The notes beneath the pieces are model-generated. The model ran no database searches, was not told where the DNA came from, and worked only from the letters and a program-made list of their open reading frames with translations. DNA of 64,000 nucleotides from Octopus sinensis (lineage: Eukaryota): contig NC_043002.1 in assembly GCF_006345805.1 (NCBI RefSeq), forward strand, positions 63,674,001 through 63,738,000, written 5' to 3'. This document shows positions 12,099 through 25,355 of this stretch, piece by piece. The position numbers and the translations under genes are program-made. Positions within the stretch are counted from its first letter, which is position 1. Every line of letters starts with the position of its first letter.

Positions 12099-14125
12099 GG
12101 TTTTTGCAGTCACTTTCGTACGTTTGTCATTCAGTTTAATAATAGGATCATTGAACAGTTGCGTACAGAATTAGCGCCATATCGTTAGTTATTCAAATTC
12201 ATTTTCCGATCATTCAGTTTCGCACTTTGATCTAAGAATTTAGTATTTACCTCATTGAAATTAATATGCCCGTCGACAGTATTCAAATTAGTGGAAACGC
12301 AAAAAAGCGTATTTCGAGCAATCTAATTCGCCAATGATCGTTCGAGTTCGGAATGTTTATTCAAATTAGCACTAATTTTACATGTGTATTTTTACACATA
12401 TTCTAAGAAATGAATGTTTAAAATGACAAATTTAAATGTCATGTTTTGTGATTCTTCTGCCCACGAAAGTATTTTTCATTGCAAAATTCGTATCAGTTGT
12501 ATTTTATATCACTTTCCCTTACACCACGTTGTAATAATGGAGCCACTGGTAAGGTACATGCGTATATCGGACGAAGATAGGGCTGGTTGATGCCATCGAT
12601 GAGCATCAAGCCAATTACCTGCAACTCGCAGACACACTTGGCATTAAAAGGAGAAGTGCTTGATCCATATTAGCGACCTACCTACGGTCTGAGAGTCGAC
12701 ACCAGTAGCCCAGAAGAGGTTCCCAACACGTGAAGGCGATGAAGAAATGCGGGCCAGGCATCACGTGATGATGATGCCAACCCAATGACAATCTTTCAAC
12801 AGATGAATAGGGAATTAGAGGTAGCATTGTCCGCAAAGTTACCTGCTTCCGTGTCTGCAATCTCACGGGCTGTAAATGGGAGTTTGATAATTAGGAAGTT
12901 GGCCGAAGACGACCCAGATGCAAGAAATGCACCAAGGGCTCTGGAATTATGATTAAGCGCATTGGTACATGGAAGAGGAAGTCGTCGGCCATTGCGTATT
13001 CCTTGATGGACGTCGGTACAAATTGGATGACCCCCTTGAGGCGTTTCTCTTCGCCGAGTTATCGACCACCAGCCTGGGAAAAATTTGCATCGACAATTTC
13101 GCGGTGTCGGGAGAAATCGGCCTGATTCACCTCACTATTTTGAACGATACCATTACAGGAAACTCTTTCGAGGAGTTCTTGACGTAAATGGCTCGATCAT
13201 ATACCAACATGTTCCAAGTTGATGAATCCGTCTAAATGATCTAGGGCAACTCGAGGCTACATGTTTGTGTCGAACTCTCAGTTGACGCCGACCCACGGAT
13301 CAGTCTAGAAATCCTTCCTACCTACTCGCTGTTTCTTAATTGTACGGAAATGGCGCATCCTGTTACTAAGGCGGCTGTCAAGCGGGACCGCGGTCCAGCT
13401 GAGTTGCAGCAAAGGTTTTGCGACTGGGCAACTGCAGCAGAATCCGCCATGACAATGGAAGAGCAGCGAGCGCAAGTCATACAACAGGTCGCAAGACATA
13501 ACACCGACCCTATCACTCCCGAAAATTGTGTTTGTTGGTATAGACACACCCAGATCTACTTCCCGAGATGCCTCGACCGCCAGGAAATAGAGGACTAAAT
13601 CCTCTCAAAGTCTCATTATCAAGATTGTAAATCAATAATTATCTTAGTGTACATAGCACCCTTTCCCCGATAAAATAAAAGAATGCAAAATCAACGAAAT
13701 ATATACCTTTCGCAACAAGGCATATTATGCAAAAAAAAGAACACATCATAACATAATATATTCAAACTCAAAGAAAATGAGCATTTGTTGTAATTGTGAG
13801 TTTATTTTACAAGATGGAAAAGTCTGGAATACTATTTCATAAAGTGTTTTGAAATAAATATATGTACCTATGAACAAATAAAAGAACACATAGAAAAGAC
13901 ATGGGCGGGATAGAGTGCTTAAAGCATAAACAATAGATGAAAACACATGATTATGAAAACAATGACCAAAACAGCAATCTTGCTAATTTGATTGATCGAA
14001 ATGTTAAATAGATTGCTCCGAAACGAAATTGAAAGACTAACTTTATGGCGCTAATTTTTTCCCCGACGTTGCATGACCCGATTATCAAATTGAATGATAA
14101 ACGTACCAAAATGACCGCAAAGGCC
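12099..14125 (+). mobile_element. Divergent IS630/Tc1/mariner DNA transposon with ~140-bp TIRs and TA flanks
   Basis: Left end taggtttttgcagtcactttcgtacg... matches the reverse complement of right end ...cgtaccaaaatgaccgcaaaggccta; encloses a decayed transposase. Confidence 0.8.
12537..13598 (+). pseudogene. Decayed DDE transposase (IS630/Tc1-like)
   Basis: HTH-like RLVDAIDEHQANYLQLADTLGIKRRSA; VFLD at 12996-13007; MI*GNSRLH (degenerate DNxxxH); LPTYSLFLNCTE (P.YSP.LNPIE motif). The 12969 and 13350 ORFs share one frame; multiple stops and frameshifts. Confidence 0.75.
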
Positions 14126-14246
14126 TATATTTAAGGCTTCCTTACTTACATACATACGTACAGACATACATACATACATACATACATACATACATACGTA
14201 TAAATGTATGTATGTATGTATGTAAAGAAGGTAAAGAAGAATTAAA

Positions 14247-14282
14247 TATAGGTTTTTGCAGTAATTTTCGTACGTTTATCAT

Positions 14283-14290
<8 letters not shown>
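14247..14290 (+). repeat. Extra copy of the TIR end of the 12099-14125 element
   Basis: ataggtttttgcagtaattttcgtacgtttatcatt matches the left TIR. Confidence 0.65.
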
Positions 14291-14324
<34 letters not shown>

Positions 14325-14479
14325 CAGACATGTATCTGCATAGCAAGTGATCTGATCTGAGATCATGTGTTGGAACGAAAACAATTGCACATACATGCTC
14401 ATACTTGCGCTTAAGCACAGACGCATAATACCCCACCCCGTGCTACCCACACACACACTGACGCGATTGTTATATTGTT

Positions 14480-15150
14480 AAGGGACCTTCACTAGTATTT
14501 ACCGTGCACTTGTACACATGTCGGATCTTGCACTGGTTACCCATCGAACATTCTGGACGTCCCTGCAGAAGTATAGATTGTCAGTTCTTTTTTTCGTTTG
14601 CGCGTGTACAGCCGGTACCTGTACGGTCGTTGGTTAGTGTTATTGTTCGGGTTATTGTTAGTTTGATGCGTTCTGTAGTTAGTACTTACACAGTCACTGG
14701 GGTTGTTATATGTATCTCCACCAATTTTAGGGGTACCTATATTCGATGCTACCTCCACTTTACCTTACCTTCCGGGTGTTAATTTTATGAATCTGGCATT
14801 CCATATTCAATAAATCCGCATATGAAATTTTCAGAACATGCCAGTGGAATAGCTTAACGTATGTGCTCTTTTTAGGGCAACGTAGAACTATGTCCCAACT
14901 CTGAATGAGATTTTCGGGCCTCACACACTGTTGAAGCTGCGAACATGATGGTTCTTGTATCTTCCAATAGGTCAATGTAGAGTGGCGCTGGATTTTTGAG
15001 GTCCCCTCTGTTTGTGATGGTGTGTTGTCTGTTGCTACTCATTATTCGTTCTCGTGTACCTATTTGCCTTATTTTGGTGTTTTAGGGTATTTCAATGCTG
15101 GTTTTGAACGTTGTGCGTCTGGTTAGTGTCGTGTTTGGTGGGGTTATTCT
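14480..15150 (-). pseudogene. Possible decayed LINE ORF1 (gag-like) fragment
   Basis: Strong strand skew; scrambled VPLKLVEIHIT and ILLQGRPECSMGNQCKIRH pieces hint at a knuckle-bearing ORF1. Confidence 0.25.
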
Positions 15151-15358
15151 CGGAGTAGTGTATGATGTTACTATAATTTATTCTTGCTACTACTCGCTGA
15201 GCTATTTCGGTTGATACTATCGTTATTAGTGCTGCTACTTCTACTATCCGCGAATCGTATATTCGCACGGCATATATATATATATATATATATATTAGTA
15301 CGTACATGCATATATACATATATACATCATACATGCATATATATACATATATATACAT

Positions 15359-15427
<69 letters not shown>

Positions 15428-15998
15428 TATGGCGCAGAAGCTTCAGAAATCTTATTAGATAAATCTTCAAAGTACATGCGGCACACTAAAGTTCATTTGT
15501 AACTTAATATATCTTCATTTTCTTATGAATGTGTGCATGTGTGTGTACATGCTCACGTGTCTCTATTTTCTACCATGGCACTTATTCATACATATCTCCC
15601 TACGTTTTTCATTACAAATAAAATTTCGTAGCGTTTTCGAAACTATATCAATGGCTACTTTCATATATTGCCAATCATTGATTGTCTAAGTAAAAGTACA
15701 CAGCAACTACGTCCAGATGCCAACGAATATAGATGTATATTGATGTATACATACGCGCGCGCGCACATAAACGCACACACACACACACACACTCACACAC
15801 ACACACACGCGTATAAATCTACACTTACATACGTGAGGATGTATATACATATATATATATATATACATATCCACACAAAATTACATATATATGTATGTGT
15901 GTATATATATATACATATATATATAAATTACATATATATGAATATATATAAATTACATATATATGTATGTGTGTATGTATATATATATATATATAAAT

Positions 15999-16064
<66 letters not shown>

Positions 16065-16225
16065 TGATAGATAGATAGATAGTTACTATACATATATATG
16101 TACATGCCTGTTGGCGCTCCGAAGGACTTGAAAAATGGCTTATTTCGTTAACTTAGAAATAAGACACGGTTCTCTTTGAACAATATTTTATGAAAATATA
16201 TATAATCAATACTCACAGCATTACA

Positions 16226-16269
<44 letters not shown>

Positions 16270-16571
16270 TGTCTGTTCTATAATGTTCAGAATAATTATT
16301 GCTAACACGAACTTGTGCTGCGTTGCTGTTACATATTTATCATCAATTGTAAAGTTTATAAATATTCGTTAAATGTTTTAGAACCTTGCATGCATAAATG
16401 CATTCTAAAAGGTGTGAGAGATGAGTAGATTGACCCTTTAATGAGGAAAGAGTAATTCAAATGTGAAGTATGCAGTGAGATATAAGTAATTACTGTGATT
16501 ATTTTCTGTGTATCCTTTTTTTGTTTTTTGCCATAGTATTCTTTAACCCATTTGAGAAAATACTTGTTTGT

Positions 16572-16864
16572 TCCTTCTCGAGCCATGACTGGGTCATAAG
16601 AGCCGGTTTCCCGGTTTCTTTGGCGTATAGGTTCCCCACCTGGACGGGACGCCGGGCCGTCGCAGGTGAGCTGCAAGATATAAGAGGAAAGTGTGAGAGA
16701 AAGTTGTGGCGAAGGAGTTTTCAGATGTTCGCCATTACCTTCTGCCGGAGCCGCGTGAAGCTTAGGTGTTTCGCTCATAAACACACACATAACCCCGTCT
16801 GAGATTCAATCTCGCTATCTCTCGACCGCATGTCCGCTGCTCTAATTACTAGGCCATGTGCCTC
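16572..16864 (-). mobile_element. tRNA-derived SINE family C
   Basis: Minus strand starts ggcacatggcctagtaattagagcagcggac...gattgaatctc (tRNA-like head); tail ctgcgacggcccggcgtcccgtccaggtgggg. Confidence 0.75.
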
Positions 16865-17214
16865 CTCGGAGACAATACTTAGCAGGCATTTATTACCGAT
16901 ATTAGCGCTTCGAGTTCGCTTTGCCTTTCATCCTTTTGCGTTCAATGAAATACCAATTGAGCATTGAGTCCCGCTTTCGCAATTAAGCTCTTCCACCAAA
17001 ATTACTTCTGTCTGTCGAAACTAAATTTGCTATTATTATCTAGGTGTGATCCTATAGAATTGTTAGTATGTTAAAGTCGATTTTGCTTTTATTATTTCAG
17101 AGTCGATGAAATAAGAGCATTAGAGCACAAGGGTCTAGGAAATCCGAAGCGCCCTTTTCCATGTATTTCTACCATGTACCAATAGTAGAAAAAATTATCA
17201 TCACCATCACACCG

Positions 17215-17412
17215 CTCTGAGCGTTAGCATGCCGGGGAAAATGCTTAGTGGTATTTTGTCCATCCTTGCATTTTGAGTTCAAATTAAGTTGTGGTCGACT
17301 TTCCATCTCATCCTTTCGTGGGCGATAACGTATTTGCTGATTGTGCACTAAGGTTCATGTACTGGACTTACACCTTCCTTGAACTTGATAGCCCTGTGCC
17401 AAAATTGGCAAC
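17215..17412 (+). mobile_element. Degenerate SINE family B
   Basis: gttagcatgccggggaaaatgctt...ttgagttcaaatt...ggtcgactttccatctcatcctttcg. Confidence 0.6.
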
Positions 17413-17476
<64 letters not shown>

Positions 17477-17479
17477 TAA

Positions 17480-17521
<42 letters not shown>

Positions 17522-17524
<3 letters not shown>

Positions 17525-17732
17525 TAGTTTTATTTTTATAGCGTGCTTTCACTTCACTACCGAGCGCAGCTCTGTGTGCCTTGGGTATGTGCTGTGATTT
17601 GTTGTGATGCTCTGATGGTTATTGTATGGAAAGTGTTCTGCGTAGGATGTGTGCAGTGCCTAGTAGTGCAATTTTCTGTATGTTATATGTGTTTGTAAGT
17701 CCTGGTGTTTTTGTTATGTATTTGTCTGAATA

Positions 17733-17736
<4 letters not shown>
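17522..17736 (-). mobile_element. Extreme 3' end of an R4/Dong-like LINE embedded in (TAA)n
   Basis: Minus translation KYITKTPGLTNTYNIQKIALLGTAHILRRTLSIQ* (QK.ALLGTAHILR C-terminal motif), short 3' UTR, (AAT)n on both sides. Confidence 0.85.
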
Positions 17737-17810
<74 letters not shown>

Positions 17811-17811
17811 A

Positions 17812-18030
17812 TTGGTGAGCTGGCAGAATCTTTAGCCGGGTGAAATGCTTACGTTATTTCGTCCTTCTTCATGTTCTGTATTCAAATACCACCAAGGTCG
17901 GCTTTGCCTTTTATCCTTTCGGGGTCTATAAATTTAGTACCATTTGAGTAATGTTTTTGATGTGATCGTCTGTTCCACTCCCTACAAAATTCAGGCCTTG
18001 TTTCTATAGCAGAAATGATTATCATTATTA
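17812..18030 (+). mobile_element. Degenerate SINE family B
   Basis: ggtgagctggcagaatc...ggtcggctttgccttttatcctttcggggtctataaa. Confidence 0.7.
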
Positions 18031-20679
18031 ATATTACTATTATTATTATCATTATTATTATTTGCCGATGTAACTGAATGTCAGTGCATTTGAAAAATAT
18101 ATAGTAAAGCTGACCAATTAATGTTTACTTGACGAATTGCATCGAATAATTGAAACAAACTAGAACGCGTGTAATTTACGCTTCCACTTTATTAATCGCT
18201 CTCTCTGAAGTAACTCAGCAAAGTGTTGTCACCTCGAAGGTCTCCGTCGTTGTTGTGTTGCTCCAGATCAAATTTTAAACAGCAATGCCAGTGCTTGTGG
18301 TGGACACTTCTATTTTTTCAAAATGATAATTTATAATACTCAATATTTTGCTCCTCTCTCTGGGAAGTGATTACTCCTACAGATGCACCCTTATTCTTTT
18401 GAAAGCCGACGTCAGTATAGGGAATTGCAGTACAATGAAATCGAAAACAGAATCAAATGTTTCTGAAAGAATATACTTAATAACACTAATGTATTTATTT
18501 GCAATTTTCAATGGGAATTACGCTTTGATATATCTTAATTTTTCTGAAAGTTGCTTAATTGTCACGCCATGTTTCGTGTCAAGTCTTGAAGCGTCTTTCA
18601 TTTACTGAAGAGAGTTTTATATTAAAGGTAAAAATGTCCTTATCATCCAGATGTTCACTTTTCAGTTATTTACTTTCGTCTTTCCTGGCAATTGTGAAAA
18701 CGGACGCCTATTCATCCAATGCGATAAGTTGTAGCTGATTTTTATAACCGATTAAATTATTATCTGCACCTGATTCTCTCCTAATATAACGACAGATCAT
18801 TCTAAACATTATTAGAGAAATCTGGAAGAACAAAACAGTGGATGGACTGTCATAATACCGTTATGTTAAGCTTGTGTCATTCACATATGCTTTATCATTT
18901 CTATGCTTTGTATGTTAGTGTAGACTACAATATCAGTCAGCATTGGCGTAAAGGTTTTCGTCTAAGGGTAACATATTTGTGCATAGCCGGTTTCTCTTCA
19001 AATACTCTTGAAAAAGCCTAATGTGTGTTCTCTTACTGTGAAATAAATGTCATCTCAACATAACTTCGGCTCCCACCTACTATCGTCAATAACTAACTCG
19101 TAACGTTTAGAGACGGTATACATAACATTTCGCTACGATTGAGATTTTTAATACATAGAGTGTTGGAAAAATATACTGGCCTATTCAATTGCAGACTTTT
19201 ACGTTCTTAACACAAATCCTGCTAAGGTTCATTTTGAATTTTTCATCCTGATCGTTAAGAAAATTATTATCATTTAAGTATTGGAATCAAGGTAATAGAT
19301 GATATCGTACCCAATATTACGAATCAAATTTTACAGTGAAGCATATGGAACATCATGATCTGCTCCCGTGTAGTCACAATTTGCAAACGATATATGAAAT
19401 TAATATGAGATATTCATTTCAGTGAGGAGGACTGGTGTGCAGTGCTGCTTTCGAATGGAAGGCTCCTAAACGACGTGCATTCTCTCCTGATTACCCCATA
19501 AACTTGCTAGCATCCAGCCTGAGAAGCTTTCAAGCTTGGCTTGATATTTCTGTATTATTAAAATTCTGTACAAATTAGTTTCATAAGAACATTATAAGTT
19601 TCGAATTTCTTTTAATCTAATTTCAGTGAATTAGAAATATCAGAGATTGAAATAAGGTTCTACTTCCAAACTGAAGGCCATTCACTCGTTTTGTTAAGCA
19701 GACGCGATATGAAATAAAAGAGATGTTTATAGGTATCTATTTGCGTGATTAAAGACTGAAAATCTGTCTCTTATATAAGTATTTTCTAAACCCCATTAAT
19801 AAATTTGATTGATATTTGAAATCGAGGTTAGTGACTTACGACATTATTGGAATTCTAAGAAATAAGAAATCTTACAGAATGTTATAACATGGATGTGCAT
19901 GAAATGTGGTTGAAATACAACGGAAAATTTTAATTACCAGTGTGTAAAAAATGAATATGAATTCATCAGGGATTGAAAGAAGATTGACTGACTCATCACT
20001 AAATTGAAAATTGAAAGAGAAAGTGTAAATAAGGTAATTGTGGAATACAGAATTTCTATAAATATGGTCGAAGAGAAAAATAGAAACGCGAAATTCTAAT
20101 TCAAATTATCTGTAGGTCAGTTTACATGGAGTGTAGCATTTTGGTGTGGCGTAGTGTGATAATGGTATCTAATTGAATTTGTAAAATCAACTTACTTCCC
20201 AAAATAGCAGAAATTGAACCGTTATTAAAAATAATTCGAATAATTAATTTGTTTAAAGAATTTCTTTTTAATTTTCTTTATGAAGACGTCACGTCTGAAT
20301 GTATTTTAACAGGTTTTCTTTTTAGAAAAGAGATATTCGTCTTGTTCTTTTGCTTCGTTTTCTTTCTTTCCTGTTGAGTCATTAGTGGTTAAATCAAGAC
20401 TAAATTAAAAATAGAACGAGGAAAGTAAACATTGTCATATATTTAGCTTTATTTGCTTTGTTTTCTAGGAGATGGTCGAATGTGTGTGTGTGTGTGAAGG
20501 TATAGTTTTTGTGTATAAATTAAAGATGTGAATAGGTGAATCCGAAGGACGAGTTCCATGGAATAAAGAACGCAGTTTGGATCGCAGCAGAAATTCTTCG
20601 ATCTCAGCTCAAAGAGAGTGCTGTAAGAAACTAAGGCTATTAAAGGGTAGAGTATATCCTCTTTAAGTAAGCGGAATGA

Positions 20680-20757
<78 letters not shown>

Positions 20758-21516
20758 TTTTGTTTTTGTGCACAAATTAAGGATGTGAATAGATGAACCC
20801 GGAGGACGAGTTTAACAGAAGAAAGAAGGCAGTTTGGATCACAGCAGGAATTTTCCGATCTCAGCTCAAAGTGAGCTCTATGAAACTAAGGTCTCAACCC
20901 TAACCCTAACACTTAAGTAAGGGGAACAGCAATTGGTAACTGAACATCATTTTATTGGTTGAGTAATAATGCGTAGATAGATGAACGGAAGAGGTCAGCG
21001 TATCAGATTGAGCAGAACAGGAAAGAGTACGGAGTCAGGATTAGGTTAAGCGCCTGTCCCACATCTGCTCTGGATGAGAAAGGCCTGATTAGGCGAGACC
21101 GGTGACATGTAGCAGGGGCTGCAAAGGAAGACAACCGTTGTGGGATAAAAGTGTCATGTACAGAACTGCAAAGAAATACCATGTGGGTATATTACCAGAT
21201 TTTAGGCGTTTTTAGAAGAAAAGGGGAACAACGAGAGAGGGGAGGGTAATAATGATAAAATCGAAAGAGGTTAAAGTATCTAGCTGATATGTTTTATAAA
21301 ATCACGCCTCGTATAGTACAAAGTACAAAGTGATGGGTATATGAGAAAGGAATATGGTGAAAACTGTAATGCGGCCAAACAGAGAGGGGATGAGTTGTGA
21401 AACAAAGAACAGAGATAATTGTTAAGGAAAGCAAACCAGGAATGAAATCGAACTTGCAATACGAAATACAAGTTCATATTGCAAAGACGGAAGTGGCGAT
21501 CTAATATGCGCGAAAA

Positions 21517-21880
21517 AGAAGGCGGTAAACTGGCAGAAACGTTAGCGCGCCGGGCGAAATGCATTGCAGTATTTCGGCTGCCGTTCTGATTTTGTCTGTC
21601 CTTGTTTGTCCCATCTGTGTTTAGCCCCTTGTGGGTAGTAAGGAAATAGGTATTTCGTCCGCCGGTTCGTTCTGAGTTCAAATTCCGCAGCATTTTGTCT
21701 GTCTTTATGTTCTGAGTTCAAAGTCCGCTGAGGTCGACTTTGACTTTCATCATTTCGGGATCCATAAATTAAGCATCAGTTACGCACTGGGGTCGATGTA
21801 AGCAACTTAATCCCTTTGCCTGCCTTGGTTTGTCTCCTCTATGTTTAGCCCATTGTGGGCAATACAGAAATAAGAAATGT
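21517..21880 (+). mobile_element. SINE family B, rearranged multimer
   Basis: Head, partial tail, repeated gttctgagttcaaa blocks, then full body and tail. Confidence 0.8.
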
Positions 21881-21936
21881 ATGTACGCCAGGCGTAATGC
21901 TTATAGTATCGCGCCTGTCTTTACGTTCTGAGGTTA

Positions 21937-22232
21937 TACAAAGAGGAAACATGCCGGCCCATCGAAATAAGGGTAATCGAACTTCACAAAGCTCTTATAC
22001 GAGAAGATATTGATAAGACGGGTATACTTGGACATGTTTGGGAAAATGGTGATCATCTCCCCCGGTGCGATGAAGTTAAAATAATAGATAGCGAACACCA
22101 CTGGAAAATACCAAATCTAAAAGATGCAGCACATATTTTAGAACTCAACAACCACCTAAGCAAACCGAGTGCAGGTATCAGTAGTATATGGGAACTGGTA
22201 TTAAGGAAGGATAGGAAAATATTAGATTTATA
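21937..22232 (+). pseudogene. GIY-YIG endonuclease C-terminal fragment of a Penelope-like element
   Basis: Stop-free frame YKEETCRPIEIRVIELHKALIREDIDKTGILGHVWENGDHLPRCDEVKIIDSEHHWKIPNLKDAAHI...IWELVL fits the YIGET.R.L..R..EH...H.W...LKEA.HI pattern. Confidence 0.7.
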
Positions 22233-22265
22233 AGCCCTAAAATTCACCCAATAAAAATCACCCAC

Positions 22266-22515
22266 AGGCATATGATGTAGTGGTTAAGAGCGCATGCTAC
22301 TAGCCCCAAGATTCCAAGTTCGATTCCGGGAAGTGACCTGAATAATAATAATAATAACATTGAAAAATACCTTAGGAATGAGAACCCAGGTTCGAAATTT
22401 CCCGAAGACACTTGATGAAGTCTCGAAACCTTGTGTTAACAGCAAAAAGATGAGGACAAATATCCGTGAAATGCAAATAATGTACATAATTCCTCATCTC
22501 TTAAATATAGAACTG
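22266..22515 (+). mobile_element. tRNA-headed short element with PLE-like tail and hammerhead relic
   Basis: Head gtagtggttaagagcgc...ccaagttcgattccggg (A and B boxes); tail acac ttgatga agtctc gaaac ctt gtgt at 22408-22436. Confidence 0.6.
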
Positions 22516-22811
22516 TAAATAGCTGTCTTGTACGTTCACTAGGATCGTTGGCAGTCAACGATTCTAGTCAACGCACAAGACAGCCATTATGCTCCCCCCA
22601 CTCCACAAAACACCACCACCTAGACTCTGTTGAGACTACTAAGAAACAATTATGAACTTTTTTTTATTACACTTAACTTTTAAAAATATTTTTGATAAGC
22701 TTCATTTTTCCAAGAAGAAGCGAAACATGTAAAATCTCTAAGAGAATTAAAATTTATCTAATATAGTATTGTTTTCAAACTTCTTATATATATATATAAT
22801 ATATATATATA

Positions 22812-23560
22812 TATAGGGAGAGTTTACGAAAGAAACGAAAGGCGAAGACAGGTGGTGTACAAAACAAACTGATGTATCAGTATAAAGATCAGGAATAGAA
22901 AAAGTCTTTTACGTGTCGAGCCTACCCTCTTCTACAGAAAGGGACACAGAAAAAACAAGGAGAGAAACACATGCGAAAACACAGAAAGAAACAAACAGTC
23001 ACACAAATGCACGGACCTTTTCACAAGCGCGTTACTGCGTCAGCTTATCAGTAAAAATTATACGGTCGCTTGCATAAACAGGTTAAGTACATAATAGGAT
23101 GCTACATAGAGGCTGTGTGTGCTGTGTGTGCCTACCTAATTGAAGAAATGTAGATGATGCAAAACGTGATGATTTTGTGACTTTACTAGAGCTCTGTTCA
23201 TTGTGTAGTTAGCTTATGTGAATGAATTTATCTACATTCATATAATTTCTTGTCTGTAAAACGTTTAATGATGTGTGAGAAAATAAATATGGTGCTATGC
23301 ATTACGTTAGTGTCATACGCTGTGTTGCAAGATGGTGTAGGTGTGACCAGTTCGGTCGTCTTCGTAAGGAGGGGCAACTAATAAGGAAGATAAATCATTC
23401 TTCTTAGTGACAGCGTGAAGCAACTGATCTGTAAATGGAATGAAATCCCAGATAAGAGGTACTAAATAATATAAGCGAAATTACCATGAACTAGCCTTTC
23501 AGTGCTGATACCATGGATGTGCAATACTGCTAACTGCTAATGGAAGTGTGATTGCTAAGA
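22812..23560 (-). mobile_element. Decayed Penelope-like element 3' region
   Basis: Remnant resembling IPFSQxxRLRRxCS near 23400-23450; terminal segment with eroded ...gaagag..gctcga.acgtaaaag at ~22900-22935; abuts (TA)n. Confidence 0.45.
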
Positions 23561-23575
23561 ATTTATTACATGAAT

Positions 23576-23617
<42 letters not shown>

Positions 23618-24059
23618 ACATACACATATGTGTGTATGTGTATATATATACGTAAATACACATAGGAGTGCGGAGTGATTTGGCACTTTTAAAATGAAGG
23701 AAAAACAGTTTCAGCAGCCCTTTAGAAAATCGAAAACTGTACCTCTTAAATTACTGCTGAGCGCTCTGTACCATTGCGCTAAACCGCCCCTGAGAATCGA
23801 TACCGAATCTTATAATGTTGGGTAAAATTCCTTCTTAATGTGACAACGTTTCTATAAACAAAGATGGAAGCGTCAAGTCAAATTAATTTTTCATAAGAAT
23901 GTTCTCATATTCCAAAAGCTAATATGTAGCTTTGTTTGCTGGCGTTGTTTTTTCTTTCTTGTATTTTTTCTCCGTGTTTTTTGGATTATATATATCCTTT
24001 TAATGGTTTTAGTAATTTATTTTCTTTCAGCATTGCTATCGCTTAATAGCTGGAAGTTC

Positions 24060-25130
24060 GTAAAAGCGGATCTTCCCCGAGTGTATACTTGAATGGTTGG
24101 CTGGTCCAATGTAGCCGTTAGGAATTAATCCAGTATTTCTGAAATTTTTCAGTAGAGGTCCTTTTCAATTATTTGGATACTCTAAATATCAGAGTGGCAC
24201 TATAGAATATTTTTGTTCGTGATTTCGATGTTTTTAAATTATAAAACGTTTCTATTGTTGAAGTTAGGAACACATCCCTCCATGATTGTCCATACGCACA
24301 TGCTAATATATACCGCTCTAAGCGGTTCAAAAGATTAGATCGACAGAGCTTTCAGCTGTTCATAATATCTAAAGCTTTTAGTCGAAGTTAGTTTACGGGA
24401 AAACGTTCTTTTTAACCCTTCAGTCTCACGTATAACACCGGTAGAGTTTGGAAAACAAAGCTGTGAGTAGTGATCTAATCTACTCAGATTTAAGGTTTTT
24501 GCAACTGTTTCGGGTCAACTACCAGTTCTCTCGACTCAAAGATACGTAGTATCCATTCAAAGAGATATTGGTAGCTACAGTTTAGTTTGGTGTTGTGGGG
24601 GACGAAAGATGCATCACTTGACATAATAGCTCTTAAGACCGTACGCTATTACTACTCTGAATCATTGTGTTCTCAGGTGTCAAATATTGTGATTTGTGTG
24701 TATATTGACTCTAAAGCAGAACCTAAAATTTTGATGTATTGAATTGCCTGCTGACCTTTTTTCTTCCCATATTTATGACGAATAATTAGTATATCATCCA
24801 TTTTGGTTTCTTTAAAGACGAATCTCGTTTTTTGTCGAGGTTTAATTGGCAAAGTAAAAGATCTTGTGGTCAGACTTTACGTCCACTACTGATTGATGTT
24901 TCTTTAGAGATTATGAGTGCCACTAGAATTGCGTTTTCTTTATATTCTTCTTTTATTCCCTTCGTAATCTCAACTCTTGAGAGAGCTTGGTTTTGAAGTT
25001 TGATTGCTAGTTGCGTTCTGTTACATATTAGTATAGGTCTAGTAGAAATAAAGGGTTCACACACGCGTCTCTGTCTTGAGTTAGGGAATTGTCATTCTTG
25101 AGAGTCTTTCTTCTCTTCTCCAGGATGTGT
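24060..25130 (-). mobile_element. Decayed CR1/L2-type LINE 3' region
   Basis: WILRIFESRE and LDHYSQLCFPNSTGVIRETEGLKRTFSRKL..YYEQLKALSI*SFE match the post-RT domain pattern GWILR.F.TR / LDYCSQLW / Y.ERLK.L.L.SLE. Confidence 0.7.
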
Positions 25131-25303
25131 TGTCCGGTGCAATTCGGTAAATTTAATGTATTTTTATTGAGGCGAAGATAATTTCAATAATCAAGAATTT
25201 ATGTTGAGTGATATTTCACATAAGTCTTATTTCAACGTTGTTATTATACACACCGTGACCATTCTGCATTTTATCTGTTGGCTCATAATTCATTCATAGA
25301 TTT

Positions 25304-25355
<52 letters not shown>

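Noticed and set aside
13305-13549. Minus-strand ORFs suggesting an LTR-retrotransposon gag region
   Set aside because: The plus strand gives a coherent DDE transposase with matching TIRs, so these are antisense shadows.
20893-20910. ccctaaccctaac telomere-like motif
   Set aside because: Only two units; expected by chance or as part of a repeat.
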